IMG/VR virus record: IMGVR_UViG_3300032223_001420
Location: 1-64,000 of that record
Direction: 5' to 3' (one strand)
DNA: 64,000 nucleotides
Source of the DNA: a virus
The position numbers and the translations under genes were made by a program. Of this stretch, positions 16,935-25,737 are shown in pieces. Numbering within the stretch: position 1 is the first letter of the stretch; each line of letters opens with the position of its first letter. Below the pieces are notes generated by a model. It saw only the letters and a program-made list of their open reading frames with translations. It did no database searches and was not told the origin of the DNA.

Positions 16935-17200
16935 TTGTTGTAATCCCTTCAAAGCGAAGGCATGTTGGACGAGGGTTCGATTCCCTCCATCTCCACCAAA
17001 AGCATATTGTGTAGTATGTTTTTGATGGGGATGACCAGGTTTCGACAGCGTGAGATAGTGGAGACGGCAACACGGTAGGCGATGACCGTAAATCAAGCAA
17101 AACTACAAATGCAAATGACGCATTTTATGGTGAGGATCGCCTAGCAGCGTAACTCACTTGGGGTTTAGGGAGTGTCCTTATTAACCAATCACTCCCACCA
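16935..17200 (+). ncRNA. ssrA: Circularly permuted (two-piece) tmRNA
   Basis: The acceptor piece GGACGAGGGTTCGATTCCCTCCATCTCCACCA (ends 16998) precedes the 5' piece GGGGATGACCAGGTTTCGAC (starts 17027); G3-U70 pair; tag ANDAFYGEDRLAA* at 17111-17152; outer boundaries approximate. Confidence 0.92.
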
Positions 17201-17213
17201 AATTTTATACATT

Positions 17214-17774
17214 ATGAAAATCTATAAATCAAATTACCGTAATCATTGGATTTCTCCTTACACTATTTTGGAGAAAGTTTTCTTTTGGCGTGAGATTGAT
17301 TATAATGAACCGATTATAGAGAAGTGGTCTAATCGTCTAAATCCAATCTGTGTAGCATGGCATGATTTTCTTGACTTTGTGCATCCACGAATCAGTTATG
17401 TGAAGATTGATCGGTATGATACATGGTCAATGGATGACACATTAGCAGATATCATTCTACCTATGTTAAAGCAGTTGAAGGAAACAAAACACGGTTCACC
17501 ATTCGTAGAAATGGAAGATGTGCCGGAACACCTTCGTGGTACAACTACCGAAGATTGGGAACCTCAATTTACCTTTGATTTTTATGAAGAAGATAAAGTA
17601 AGAGAAGGTATAAATGATGTTCATGCTCGATGGGATTGGGTAATGAATGAAATGATTTATGCATTTGAAAGGAAAGCAAACGATACTGATTGGTCAGCAA
17701 CTTGGGAAGAAACTGAACGTATGCAGAATGGATTCCGCTTGTTTGGCAAGTATTACCAAGGTCTCTGGGATTAA
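17214..17774 (+). CDS. Conserved phage hypothetical protein
   Basis: YDTWSMD.TLA.II.PML.QL...HG.P...GF.LFGKYY..LWD pattern. Confidence 0.75.
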   Translation: MKIYKSNYRNHWISPYTILEKVFFWREIDYNEPIIEKWSNRLNPICVAWHDFLDFVHPRISYVKIDRYDTWSMDDTLADIILPMLKQLKETKHGSPFVEMEDVPEHLRGTTTEDWEPQFTFDFYEEDKVREGINDVHARWDWVMNEMIYAFERKANDTDWSATWEETERMQNGFRLFGKYYQGLWD

Positions 17775-17837
17775 ATTAACTAAATAAAGATACTGGCATC
17801 ACACACAATCGCCAGTATTACACACACAGGAGAAATT

Positions 17838-18110
17838 ATGAGTAATCTAACACCGTTTGAGATTCGTCTTGAACTTCTAAAAATGGCGAAAGACCTTTTG
17901 ATGGAGGAATACTACTCCAACAAAGATCGCCTAACCAATGAATGGCACGTAAAGGTAGAGTCCGCTAAACTAAATGGACAAGTAATACCTGAACATCCAG
18001 CCTTTCCATCATATCCCTCAGAAAACGATATCATAGCCAAGGCACAGTCCTTGAACGGATTCGTTTCAAATATTTCAGTAGATAAACCAAAATCAAAATC
18101 ATCTACCTGA
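17838..18110 (+). CDS. Conserved T4-like hypothetical protein
   Basis: PFEIRLELLKMA...P...DII.KA..L..FVS; AGGAG SD. Confidence 0.75.
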   Translation: MSNLTPFEIRLELLKMAKDLLMEEYYSNKDRLTNEWHVKVESAKLNGQVIPEHPAFPSYPSENDIIAKAQSLNGFVSNISVDKPKSKSST

Positions 18111-18118
18111 TTGGGACC

Positions 18119-18138
18119 AGAGGTACTTCGGTACCTCT
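18119..18138 (+). terminator. UUCG hairpin (terminator or mRNA-stabilising stem)
   Basis: AGAGGTAC-TTCG-GTACCTCT, weak U-tract. Confidence 0.55.
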
Positions 18139-18158
18139 CTAACTAACAAGGAGAAATA

Positions 18159-18698
18159 ATGCGTTTTCTAACACTAGCACTAGGTGCTGTATTCGCAAGT
18201 TTAATTTTATTCTTTAGTCAATCAATGGCACAGATTGTTGTACCGACTAAAATGAATGTTGAACTGCAAGATTTATCAAAAGAAGCAAGGCAAGAAGTTG
18301 AATGCCTTGCACAAAATATGTTCTTTGAAGCGGGGCAAGAACCTAGACAAGGACAACTTGGCGTAGCATTTGTTACACACAATAGAGTATTGAGTGGTAA
18401 GTATCCAACCACTTATTGTGAAGTGGTAAAACAAAAAGTCAATAACGTTTGCCAGTTTTCATGGTATTGTGAAGCAGCAGCACGTAAAAGACTCTTGACA
18501 TTAAGTAACAATCCATTATATAATGATATTACTGAGTTAGCATTGAGATTCTATCTTTTTAGTGATGAATTTGATGATCCAACAAAAGGTGCATTATTCT
18601 TTCATGCAGACTATGTGAAACCTACTTGGAATAATATGAGAAGAACTGCTTACATTGGCAGACACATTTTCTACAATAGGATTAAAAAGAACACATGA
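18159..18698 (+). CDS. Cell wall hydrolase, SleB/Hydrolase_2 family
   Basis: CLA.N.FFEA..E...GQ..VA.V..NR, C.VV.Q...CQFSW, T.GA.FFHA.YV.P.W, IG.HIFY; N-terminal signal/TM. Confidence 0.9.
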   Translation: MRFLTLALGAVFASLILFFSQSMAQIVVPTKMNVELQDLSKEARQEVECLAQNMFFEAGQEPRQGQLGVAFVTHNRVLSGKYPTTYCEVVKQKVNNVCQFSWYCEAAARKRLLTLSNNPLYNDITELALRFYLFSDEFDDPTKGALFFHADYVKPTWNNMRRTAYIGRHIFYNRIKKNT

Positions 18699-18967
18699 TT
18701 TTATCAAGCAAAAAGGAGAAGGTGATTATGGAAGAAGTGAAACAAAAGAGATCGAACGATTTAATTGTAATATCAATTGCGATAGTTCTACTCTCAATTG
18801 TTACTGCCGTAGGTATTTACGAAATGAATGAACGTAAACTTATGGCATCAAATATTGAAAGCGCAATCGCTAAAGGAATTGATCCATTGGCAGTGCGTTG
18901 TTCATATGCACGTAGTGACGATATTACTTGTGTAGCACACGCTGTTGCAAGTGGTCGTAAATTTTAA
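18695..18967 (+). CDS. Single-TM membrane protein
   Basis: LIVISIAIVLLSIVTAVGIY; C-terminal GIDP..VRC.Y. Confidence 0.65.
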   Translation: MILSSKKEKVIMEEVKQKRSNDLIVISIAIVLLSIVTAVGIYEMNERKLMASNIESAIAKGIDPLAVRCSYARSDDITCVAHAVASGRKF

Positions 18968-18984
18968 TTATTAGGAGATATAGT

Positions 18985-19542
18985 ATGAATAAACTTGGCG
19001 GATATCACAACGAAGAACGTAGTCATTATAATTTTAGTTTTAGTGACAATGAAGGTAAACATGTAACAGTATCATTTGGTGCTGAACCTGATTACGATTT
19101 GGATACAATCTTTAATGAGTTTCGAAACTTTCTGATTGCAACTGGTCATGACGTTGAAGGTCAGATTGGTGAGTTATTTCATGAAGAAGACGAATGGGAA
19201 GATAATCCTTTAGAGGAACAGAATCGGGCATATAGAGAAGCAGCCGTGCAGAATTTTCAACATCCAAGAGATAAGTTCTCAATGGATCATTTGCCTAACA
19301 ACGGATGGCCATTTGGCGGTTTGACATCACAACCATTACCTACAATCACTTCACTTGATTTGTCGGCAATAAAAACTGTTGATTTGAGTTCTTTTAATCA
19401 GTATCCAACAATGGCACCGATTACACAAGAGCAAATCAAATCATGGCGAATTGATGCGCCAGGAACAATGGGTAGCGCAGAGTTGAGTTTCAAACAAGAA
19501 GAAAATGATTGGTCACCACGTTCGAAGGACTATCGAGCATAA
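18985..19542 (+). CDS. Hypothetical protein
   Basis: ORF track; AGGAG SD. Confidence 0.65.
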   Translation: MNKLGGYHNEERSHYNFSFSDNEGKHVTVSFGAEPDYDLDTIFNEFRNFLIATGHDVEGQIGELFHEEDEWEDNPLEEQNRAYREAAVQNFQHPRDKFSMDHLPNNGWPFGGLTSQPLPTITSLDLSAIKTVDLSSFNQYPTMAPITQEQIKSWRIDAPGTMGSAELSFKQEENDWSPRSKDYRA

Positions 19543-19766
19543 TGCCAACAAAAGATGAGATGATGAAGTTTACACTAGAGATCGAATCTTTAGTTGCAAA
19601 CACAGATTACACTTATCTTGAAGCTATTGTTGAGCATTGCAAAGACACAGGTTTGGAGATGGAAGTAGCAGCAACACTTATCACTCCAAACCTGAAGTCT
19701 AAGATACATGAACAAGCTGAGAGATTGAATATGTTGAAAACTAAAAGTAATCGTTTACCTATATGA
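19542..19766 (+). CDS. gp33: Late-transcription coactivator gp33
   Basis: F...IE..V......YLEAI...C....E.E....LI...LK.KI...A..LN.L; synteny with gp59 and gp32. Confidence 0.85.
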   Translation: MPTKDEMMKFTLEIESLVANTDYTYLEAIVEHCKDTGLEMEVAATLITPNLKSKIHEQAERLNMLKTKSNRLPI

Positions 19767-20377
19767 TGACTGGATATGAAGCCTTCTGTTTATACTCTTC
19801 TCTCAAACTGCATTTTACACAAGAATCTTATGACTACTTTAAATATGGTGGTAAATCAAGAACTAGTATAGATGCGTTTGAGAACAAGAAAGATAAATGG
19901 TTTTATTATAAATTGAGTCGGAGATTTTCTAATGTTGAACAGGCTAGAGATTTTCTTGTTGCTAATTTTCTGCATCGTTCTGATGTATGGATTGGACATC
20001 TACTGACCGATGATTCTGATGTTCACTATCGTGCAAGACAGAAAGTGATTCAATCGTTATCGTATACGTTCACAAACGAAATTGCATCAATAATGAGTCA
20101 TGAGAACCCAAATGAATCATTAATAGTACACGATGGAGGATATCCTCAACTGCTGCGTCTGTTGCTATATGGTGAAGTATCGATTGAGACTGTATGCATC
20201 CTAAACTCAATACTAGGTTTCTTGCCAATGTGGGATAAAAAGATTACTGATACAATTCACTATCCAGCAACAAGTTTAAAGATAAAGAAGTACACACCGT
20301 TTATACAATTTGACCCGACAAAGTATAAACTTATACTGAAGAAAGAACTACATGAAAATACAGAAGATATATCTTGA
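19763..20377 (+). CDS. gp59: Helicase loader gp59
   Basis: Y..Y.SLKLHF....YDYFKY.GK...F..KKDK.FY.KLS, S.ET..IL, KY.PF. Confidence 0.9.
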   Translation: MMTGYEAFCLYSSLKLHFTQESYDYFKYGGKSRTSIDAFENKKDKWFYYKLSRRFSNVEQARDFLVANFLHRSDVWIGHLLTDDSDVHYRARQKVIQSLSYTFTNEIASIMSHENPNESLIVHDGGYPQLLRLLLYGEVSIETVCILNSILGFLPMWDKKITDTIHYPATSLKIKKYTPFIQFDPTKYKLILKKELHENTEDIS

Positions 20378-20900
20378 TATGGATGGAGTTCTTTGCGACT
20401 TCTATAAACGATATTATGAAGTATTCAATGTTGACCTTCCGAGTGCTAGGGCACATGGAGAAAAAGTTAGCCTTGAATGGAATAAGTTTGTAGAAGATAA
20501 AAACTTTGAACTTTTAGATTGGCATCCTGGTGGTAAAGAACTACTGCAATACGTTCTGTCATTAGATATACCAATTGAGATTCTATCATCATCTGGTGGT
20601 AGACTTCATCATGAAGATGTAAAGAAGCAAAAAAAGGTTTGGTTGAAAAAACATTATATTGATTTTCCAGCCAATATCGTACCTGGACGTAAGTTGAAGG
20701 CTACCTACGCTAAACCTGATATTATTTTGATTGACGATACCGAAGATGTTATCGATGATTTTAATATGGCTGGTGGCATAGGCATACTTCACACCGATAC
20801 GGATAAAACGATAAAAATAATCAAGTCTATTCTTGACGACACATATATAAATGTATATAATGAATCATGTGGACAAGATGCACATACAACAAACACTTAA
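20352..20900 (+). CDS. HAD-family 5'(3')-deoxyribonucleotidase-like protein
   Basis: YLDMDGVL.DF, ILSS, K..W, LIDD...W/F..AGG.GI. Confidence 0.82.
   Translation: MKIQKIYLDMDGVLCDFYKRYYEVFNVDLPSARAHGEKVSLEWNKFVEDKNFELLDWHPGGKELLQYVLSLDIPIEILSSSGGRLHHEDVKKQKKVWLKKHYIDFPANIVPGRKLKATYAKPDIILIDDTEDVIDDFNMAGGIGILHTDTDKTIKIIKSILDDTYINVYNESCGQDAHTTNT
20833..20861 (+). promoter_or_regulatory. Promoter for gp32
   Basis: TTGACG-17 nt-TATAAT, with a late-like TATAAAT inside the spacer. Confidence 0.65.
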
Positions 20901-20916
20901 CTATACGAGGTAATAC

Positions 20917-21789
20917 ATGTCTGACTTTTCTTCACTAAAACGCAACCGCAATTCATTCGACAAGCTCACTAAAGCAATCGAATCGACCACACAAACTACA
21001 GAAGCAGGTTCAAAAGAAGATGACCGCTTTTGGCAGCCAGAGGTAGACAAAGCAGGTAATGGTATGGCAATCATTCGTTTTCTACCTGGACCAGCGGTAG
21101 ATGGTGATGATGCACTTCCATGGGTTCGTGTATTCAATCATGGCTTTCAAGGACCAGGCGGCTGGTATATTGAAAACTCTTTGACTACGTTGAATCAAAA
21201 AGACCCAGTATCAGAATACAACTCTGTGTTGTGGAACTCTGGTATTGAAGCAAACAAAGAAATCGCACGTAAACAGAAACGCCGTTTGACTTACATTTCA
21301 AATGTTCTTATCGTTTCTGATCCTAAGCACCCAGAGAATGAAGGGCAAATCAAACTGTATAAGTTTGGTAAGAAAATCTTCGACAAAATCTCTGAAGCAA
21401 TGAATCCTGAATTTGCTGATGAGACACCGTTGAATCCTTTTGACTTTTGGGAAGGTGCTAACTTCAAAATCAAGATTCGTCAAGTTGAAGGCTATCGCAA
21501 TTATGATAAGTCTGAGTTTGATTCTGTTTCAGCACTGCTTGATGGTGATGATGCTAAACTCGAAGCACTGTGGAAGAAAGAACACTCACTCAAAGAGTTT
21601 CTTGATCCTAAACACTTCAAGCCATATGATGTGTTGAAAGCACGACTTGATAAAGTTTTTGGTCTAGATGGTGTTGCACCAGTAAAGACAAAGGCTGAAG
21701 ATACAGTATTGAGTCCAGCTAAAGCAGCACCTAATTTGGATGAACACGATGAAGAATTAGATTATTTCAAGTCCCTAGCAGACGATTAA
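20917..21789 (+). CDS. gp32: Single-stranded DNA-binding protein gp32
   Basis: DDRFW, GNG.A.IRFLP, HGFQ..GGWYIENS, KFGKKIFDKI, GY.NYD.S.F, acidic tail. Confidence 0.95.
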   Translation: MSDFSSLKRNRNSFDKLTKAIESTTQTTEAGSKEDDRFWQPEVDKAGNGMAIIRFLPGPAVDGDDALPWVRVFNHGFQGPGGWYIENSLTTLNQKDPVSEYNSVLWNSGIEANKEIARKQKRRLTYISNVLIVSDPKHPENEGQIKLYKFGKKIFDKISEAMNPEFADETPLNPFDFWEGANFKIKIRQVEGYRNYDKSEFDSVSALLDGDDAKLEALWKKEHSLKEFLDPKHFKPYDVLKARLDKVFGLDGVAPVKTKAEDTVLSPAKAAPNLDEHDEELDYFKSLADD

Positions 21790-21816
21790 AACCTCCTTTA
21801 TCTTAGTCAACTGCGG

Positions 21817-21842
21817 ATGCCATCTTCGGGTGGCATTTTTTA
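21817..21842 (+). terminator. Rho-independent terminator between convergent operons
   Basis: ATGCCATC-TTCG-GGTGGCAT followed by a T-run. Confidence 0.8.
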
Positions 21843-23645
21843 TACTTTGCGTGTTTCGGTGACGTTATTGTTTGTGCTACGAGCAGCAATATAAGTTGGA
21901 TTCTGTGGTTTTGATTGTTCACGATAAGCTAACGCAAGTTTAGATGATTCTGCATCCAAACCTTGACCATAATCACCTTTGTAGTTTGCATACTTTTCAC
22001 TTATTGAATAATCTGTTGCAGCAATTTTATCACCAAAACTAATCATTCTGGTAGCACCAGTTTTCACAGGATCAAAAGTATCTTTACCGTCATAAGAAAG
22101 TTTACTGCGATGTTCAAAGTGTAAATGTGCGCCATAAGCATCTTCGATTATTCTACCATCCTTTTTACTACTTCCTCCAACAAGTCCAATCGTTTGCCCC
22201 TTCTCAATCTTGTCACCAGACTTAACAAGCATTTTGCTCAGGTGTGCAAAGCGTAACAATTCACCATTCGTAATGATATCAACAACACGACCATATCCAT
22301 TGTGTGCAGATGCATCAACAACTTTAGCGGCGGAACCTATAAAAGTAATTGGTGTAGCATATGCAGCTTGATAATCAATACCACCATGCAATCTAGGTTG
22401 CTTTTCATCGGGCAATTGACGCATACCATATTTTGAAATGATTTTGACTACATTCGAACCATCCGAATATTTCATTCCTGTATCACCAGAACCTTCTTTT
22501 TCGTCTTTTTCTTTTCTCTTTTCTGCTGTAGGTTTTTTCTCTGGTGGTTCTGGTATAGGTGCTTTCGTACCATCTGATGCGGGTACTTGTCTTACATCTA
22601 CTTTAGGTTTTACTTCTTCTTTTTTAGGTACAGGAGTTGGTGCCTCTTCTTTCTTTGGCTCCTCTTTTACTTCTTCTTTTTTACCAAATACTCTACTAAG
22701 AAAAGGTTTTTTCTTTTCTTTTTCAGCCGCTTCTGCAACTTTCTTTTTTCTTTCTGCTTCTTTTTTGTCTTCTTCGGCTTTCAATAACTTAGATTTTTCT
22801 TCGAAAAGTTTATTTCTTTTATCCGACAGGTCTTTGTCTTGTTTATCTAAGTCATCATATTGCTTTTTTAATTCTTCGGAACGTTTAACTAACTGCTCAT
22901 TTACACTGCGTCTTTCAATAAGTTTATCAACATCAACACCAAGAATATCTTTTGCAACATATCTTCCAATAACTTGCAACTTAGGCGCCAACCATTCTAC
23001 AGCACTTTTAATAAAGCCGCCAATACCTTTTACAATTTCTTTATAAACCGAACCTACTTGTCCAAGCGCACTATCAACTTGCTTTTCACTAATCAAACCA
23101 AAACTGATGAAGTTTAAATATTTTTTGAATGCTGTTTTGAATAAATCTAACCAATCCACATCTTTGAAAAAGGTGGTTACACCGTCGGCTATGTAAGAAA
23201 TTCCTTCAGATATTATGTTGGTAATTTTCTCAATATAAGGCGAAATGATTTCCGTAATTTTATAAATTACATATCCAACAGAAAGCAACGTGGTAATGAA
23301 TAGACCTTGTAATACTTTTACAAAGAAATCTAGTATGCCAGCCAGAAAAGTTCGTTTCTTTTCTTTTCCATATTTTTTAACTTTGATGGTTGCTACTTTT
23401 ATTTCTTTAGATTCTGATAGAGATTTCGTAATATCCGAAATCTGACTTCCAGTTGCCGGTTCAATATTGTGTAATTTTACATAGTTACCAAATGCATTGT
23501 TTAATGCTTTAAGTTCTTTAGCGATTGTTGGAAACAGTAAAGTATTCTTGGCGATGATACGCAACGAAGACACTGCATCTTTTGTGTCTCTGTCTTTTTG
23601 TACCTTACTATCAGGATTTTTTTTGTTAAATAATTTTTCTAACAT
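21840..23645 (-). CDS. Tape-measure/hub-like protein with an M23 peptidase domain
   Basis: HGGID (HxxxD), GYG, FAHL, G..V..GQ.IG.VG, HLHFE (HxH); TM segment and coiled coil. Confidence 0.85.
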   Translation of the reverse strand: MLEKLFNKKNPDSKVQKDRDTKDAVSSLRIIAKNTLLFPTIAKELKALNNAFGNYVKLHNIEPATGSQISDITKSLSESKEIKVATIKVKKYGKEKKRTFLAGILDFFVKVLQGLFITTLLSVGYVIYKITEIISPYIEKITNIISEGISYIADGVTTFFKDVDWLDLFKTAFKKYLNFISFGLISEKQVDSALGQVGSVYKEIVKGIGGFIKSAVEWLAPKLQVIGRYVAKDILGVDVDKLIERRSVNEQLVKRSEELKKQYDDLDKQDKDLSDKRNKLFEEKSKLLKAEEDKKEAERKKKVAEAAEKEKKKPFLSRVFGKKEEVKEEPKKEEAPTPVPKKEEVKPKVDVRQVPASDGTKAPIPEPPEKKPTAEKRKEKDEKEGSGDTGMKYSDGSNVVKIISKYGMRQLPDEKQPRLHGGIDYQAAYATPITFIGSAAKVVDASAHNGYGRVVDIITNGELLRFAHLSKMLVKSGDKIEKGQTIGLVGGSSKKDGRIIEDAYGAHLHFEHRSKLSYDGKDTFDPVKTGATRMISFGDKIAATDYSISEKYANYKGDYGQGLDAESSKLALAYREQSKPQNPTYIAARSTNNNVTETRKV

Positions 23646-25735
23646 TATGCCGTTACTCTATTTGCCATCGCTGTTCCTGGATCAGTTTTTGGTTTTTCCA
23701 ATGAAGCAGTTTGAGTGTCTACTTTTTTATTGTTATTAACCCTAGCTACATTCACTACATTAGCATCTTTAGGCTTCAATTGTTCTCTTTGTGCTTGAGC
23801 AACTTGCGTAGATTCATCTTGTAAAAATTTACCGGCGGCAGCAACTTTAGTTGAGCCTGTTACTGAAGCAAGTGCTGCCGAACCTTCTTTGTCACTAGCA
23901 GCACCAGCACGAATCAAACTTAATGTTATTGGACCACGACTCTTGACTTGTTTATACCAAGCACTATTTCTAAATTCATCTGCGGCACCTTTAAAGTTTC
24001 CTTCACCTAATAGTGCTGCCGCCTTTTTAAATTTCGTATACCAATAGCCACCCATGTTATATGTCAAATCAACCAATCCAGCTTTACCAGCTTCATTAGC
24101 CTTGTCCCAACCAGGTGCTTTTTCTGCTAGTTTCAAATGTTCGGCAAAATCTTTTTCAAACAATATACGAATTTCTTGATTACTGAATTCTCTGTCATAT
24201 TCTTTAGGTAATTTTTTACCATCACCAATCAAATGCCCAACACCAACAGTCCATAATCCACGAGAATCTTTGTATGGTTTATTTTTCCATCCCTCATTTG
24301 CAATAACCATTTGTTTGATGTTTTCATACTTACCACTTGTTGGAGATGGAGTTGCCGCTACCGGTGCAACCGCAGGCGCTGGTGTTACTGCTGGTGCGGT
24401 TGCGGGTTTAGTTATTTTCGGTTCAGCTTTTGGTGGTGTGGTTTTCTGCTCAACGGGAATACTTCCACCTTCTCTTGTTCGTTTTGTTTCCGCTTCAAGT
24501 TCAGTCTTTTCTTTTTCCTGTTTTGCCTTTTCGACTTTTGCTGCCTCTAAATTAGCTTTTTCGGGACCCTCAGCCATTGACTTAATATCATATTCGAGTG
24601 TGGCTATTTCTATTTCAAGTTGACGAATATGAATTTTTTTCTGTTCGATTTTTTCGTCCATTTGTTGAAAATACTCAGCATATTTCTCACGTTGTTTTGC
24701 TTCTTCTTCCATTCTTTTGGCATTCATTTGCTCGAATGAAGATTTAAAATCTGATGGAGTAGATTCGTTAGTAAATAAAGAGGTAACTTTTTTGTATATA
24801 AAGATGGCAAATTTACTAATTTTTTCTTCAATAAATTGGATTGATTTGTCTATTACATTCAAAGAAAACTTAAAGAAATTATTATACCATTTACCAAAAA
24901 AATCATAGATATCAGACGAATTTTCTTTACCCAATATACCAAAGCTGAATTCATCCATCAGACCAACAATAAAAGTTTTAAAAAAATCTCCACCTTTTTG
25001 ATACTCCGCCCATGCGTCTTTTAGTGGGTCCCAGACCATTAATACGACTGTTACTGCGGCCGCAATCAATGCTGCAAATGGACCAGAAAACGCTACGGAA
25101 GCGGCAAACGCAGTGCCAAATCTAACGGCCAATTTTTGTAAACCTTTTGTGAAAAATCGTTTTAATGCATTCGAAAATACTTTAACTACAGGTTTTATAA
25201 TTTTACTGGCGTTTTTTCTAAACCAATCCATGAACATCTTTTTGACGTTCAGTTTACCCATTATACTTTTTAGACTTGATAATAGTTTTCTTTTGAATTT
25301 CATAAACTTACGAATCCACGTAAGTTTTTTCAACTTCTTCAATGCTGCTGCGGCAAGTTTTCGTTCTAACGGTCTTTCTACTCTATAATTGATATATTTT
25401 TCCATCAACGATTTTACCCAACCTTTATTACTATGGGTTCCATCTTGTGATGCTTTGGATATTTTTGAACCTAGATATTTTTCACGAAGAACATTGAATT
25501 TTTTAGAACGCTCGTCATCTTTCAAAAAGTGTGCATCTGGAGTACCTTTAACTTTGATACCCTCTATGGCCAACCAACGTGAAAAATTTAAACGAATGAG
25601 TTTGAGGTCGTTTGCCATTTTACCAATGGCAAGATAATTAATCGCTGTCTTTTTTAGGGTGCTGACTACAGGAGATGGTGATGATTTATTAAGATCACCC
25701 TTGTCTATTGTAAGACCAAGAAGATCAGATAGCAT
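23645..25735 (-). CDS. Tape-measure/hub-like protein with a T4-type lysozyme (GH24) domain
   Basis: NEGWKNKPYKDSRGLWTVGVGHL has the E-x8-D-x5-T catalytic spacing; L.YNMG, S.WY.QV..R. Confidence 0.88.
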   Translation of the reverse strand: MLSDLLGLTIDKGDLNKSSPSPVVSTLKKTAINYLAIGKMANDLKLIRLNFSRWLAIEGIKVKGTPDAHFLKDDERSKKFNVLREKYLGSKISKASQDGTHSNKGWVKSLMEKYINYRVERPLERKLAAAALKKLKKLTWIRKFMKFKRKLLSSLKSIMGKLNVKKMFMDWFRKNASKIIKPVVKVFSNALKRFFTKGLQKLAVRFGTAFAASVAFSGPFAALIAAAVTVVLMVWDPLKDAWAEYQKGGDFFKTFIVGLMDEFSFGILGKENSSDIYDFFGKWYNNFFKFSLNVIDKSIQFIEEKISKFAIFIYKKVTSLFTNESTPSDFKSSFEQMNAKRMEEEAKQREKYAEYFQQMDEKIEQKKIHIRQLEIEIATLEYDIKSMAEGPEKANLEAAKVEKAKQEKEKTELEAETKRTREGGSIPVEQKTTPPKAEPKITKPATAPAVTPAPAVAPVAATPSPTSGKYENIKQMVIANEGWKNKPYKDSRGLWTVGVGHLIGDGKKLPKEYDREFSNQEIRILFEKDFAEHLKLAEKAPGWDKANEAGKAGLVDLTYNMGGYWYTKFKKAAALLGEGNFKGAADEFRNSAWYKQVKSRGPITLSLIRAGAASDKEGSAALASVTGSTKVAAAGKFLQDESTQVAQAQREQLKPKDANVVNVARVNNNKKVDTQTASLEKPKTDPGTAMANRVTA

Positions 25736-25737
25736 AG

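Noticed and set aside
16753-17100. Minus-strand 115-aa ORF containing WWRWRESNPRP
   Set aside because: This is the typical antisense translation of a tRNA-like T-arm and is explained by the tmRNA
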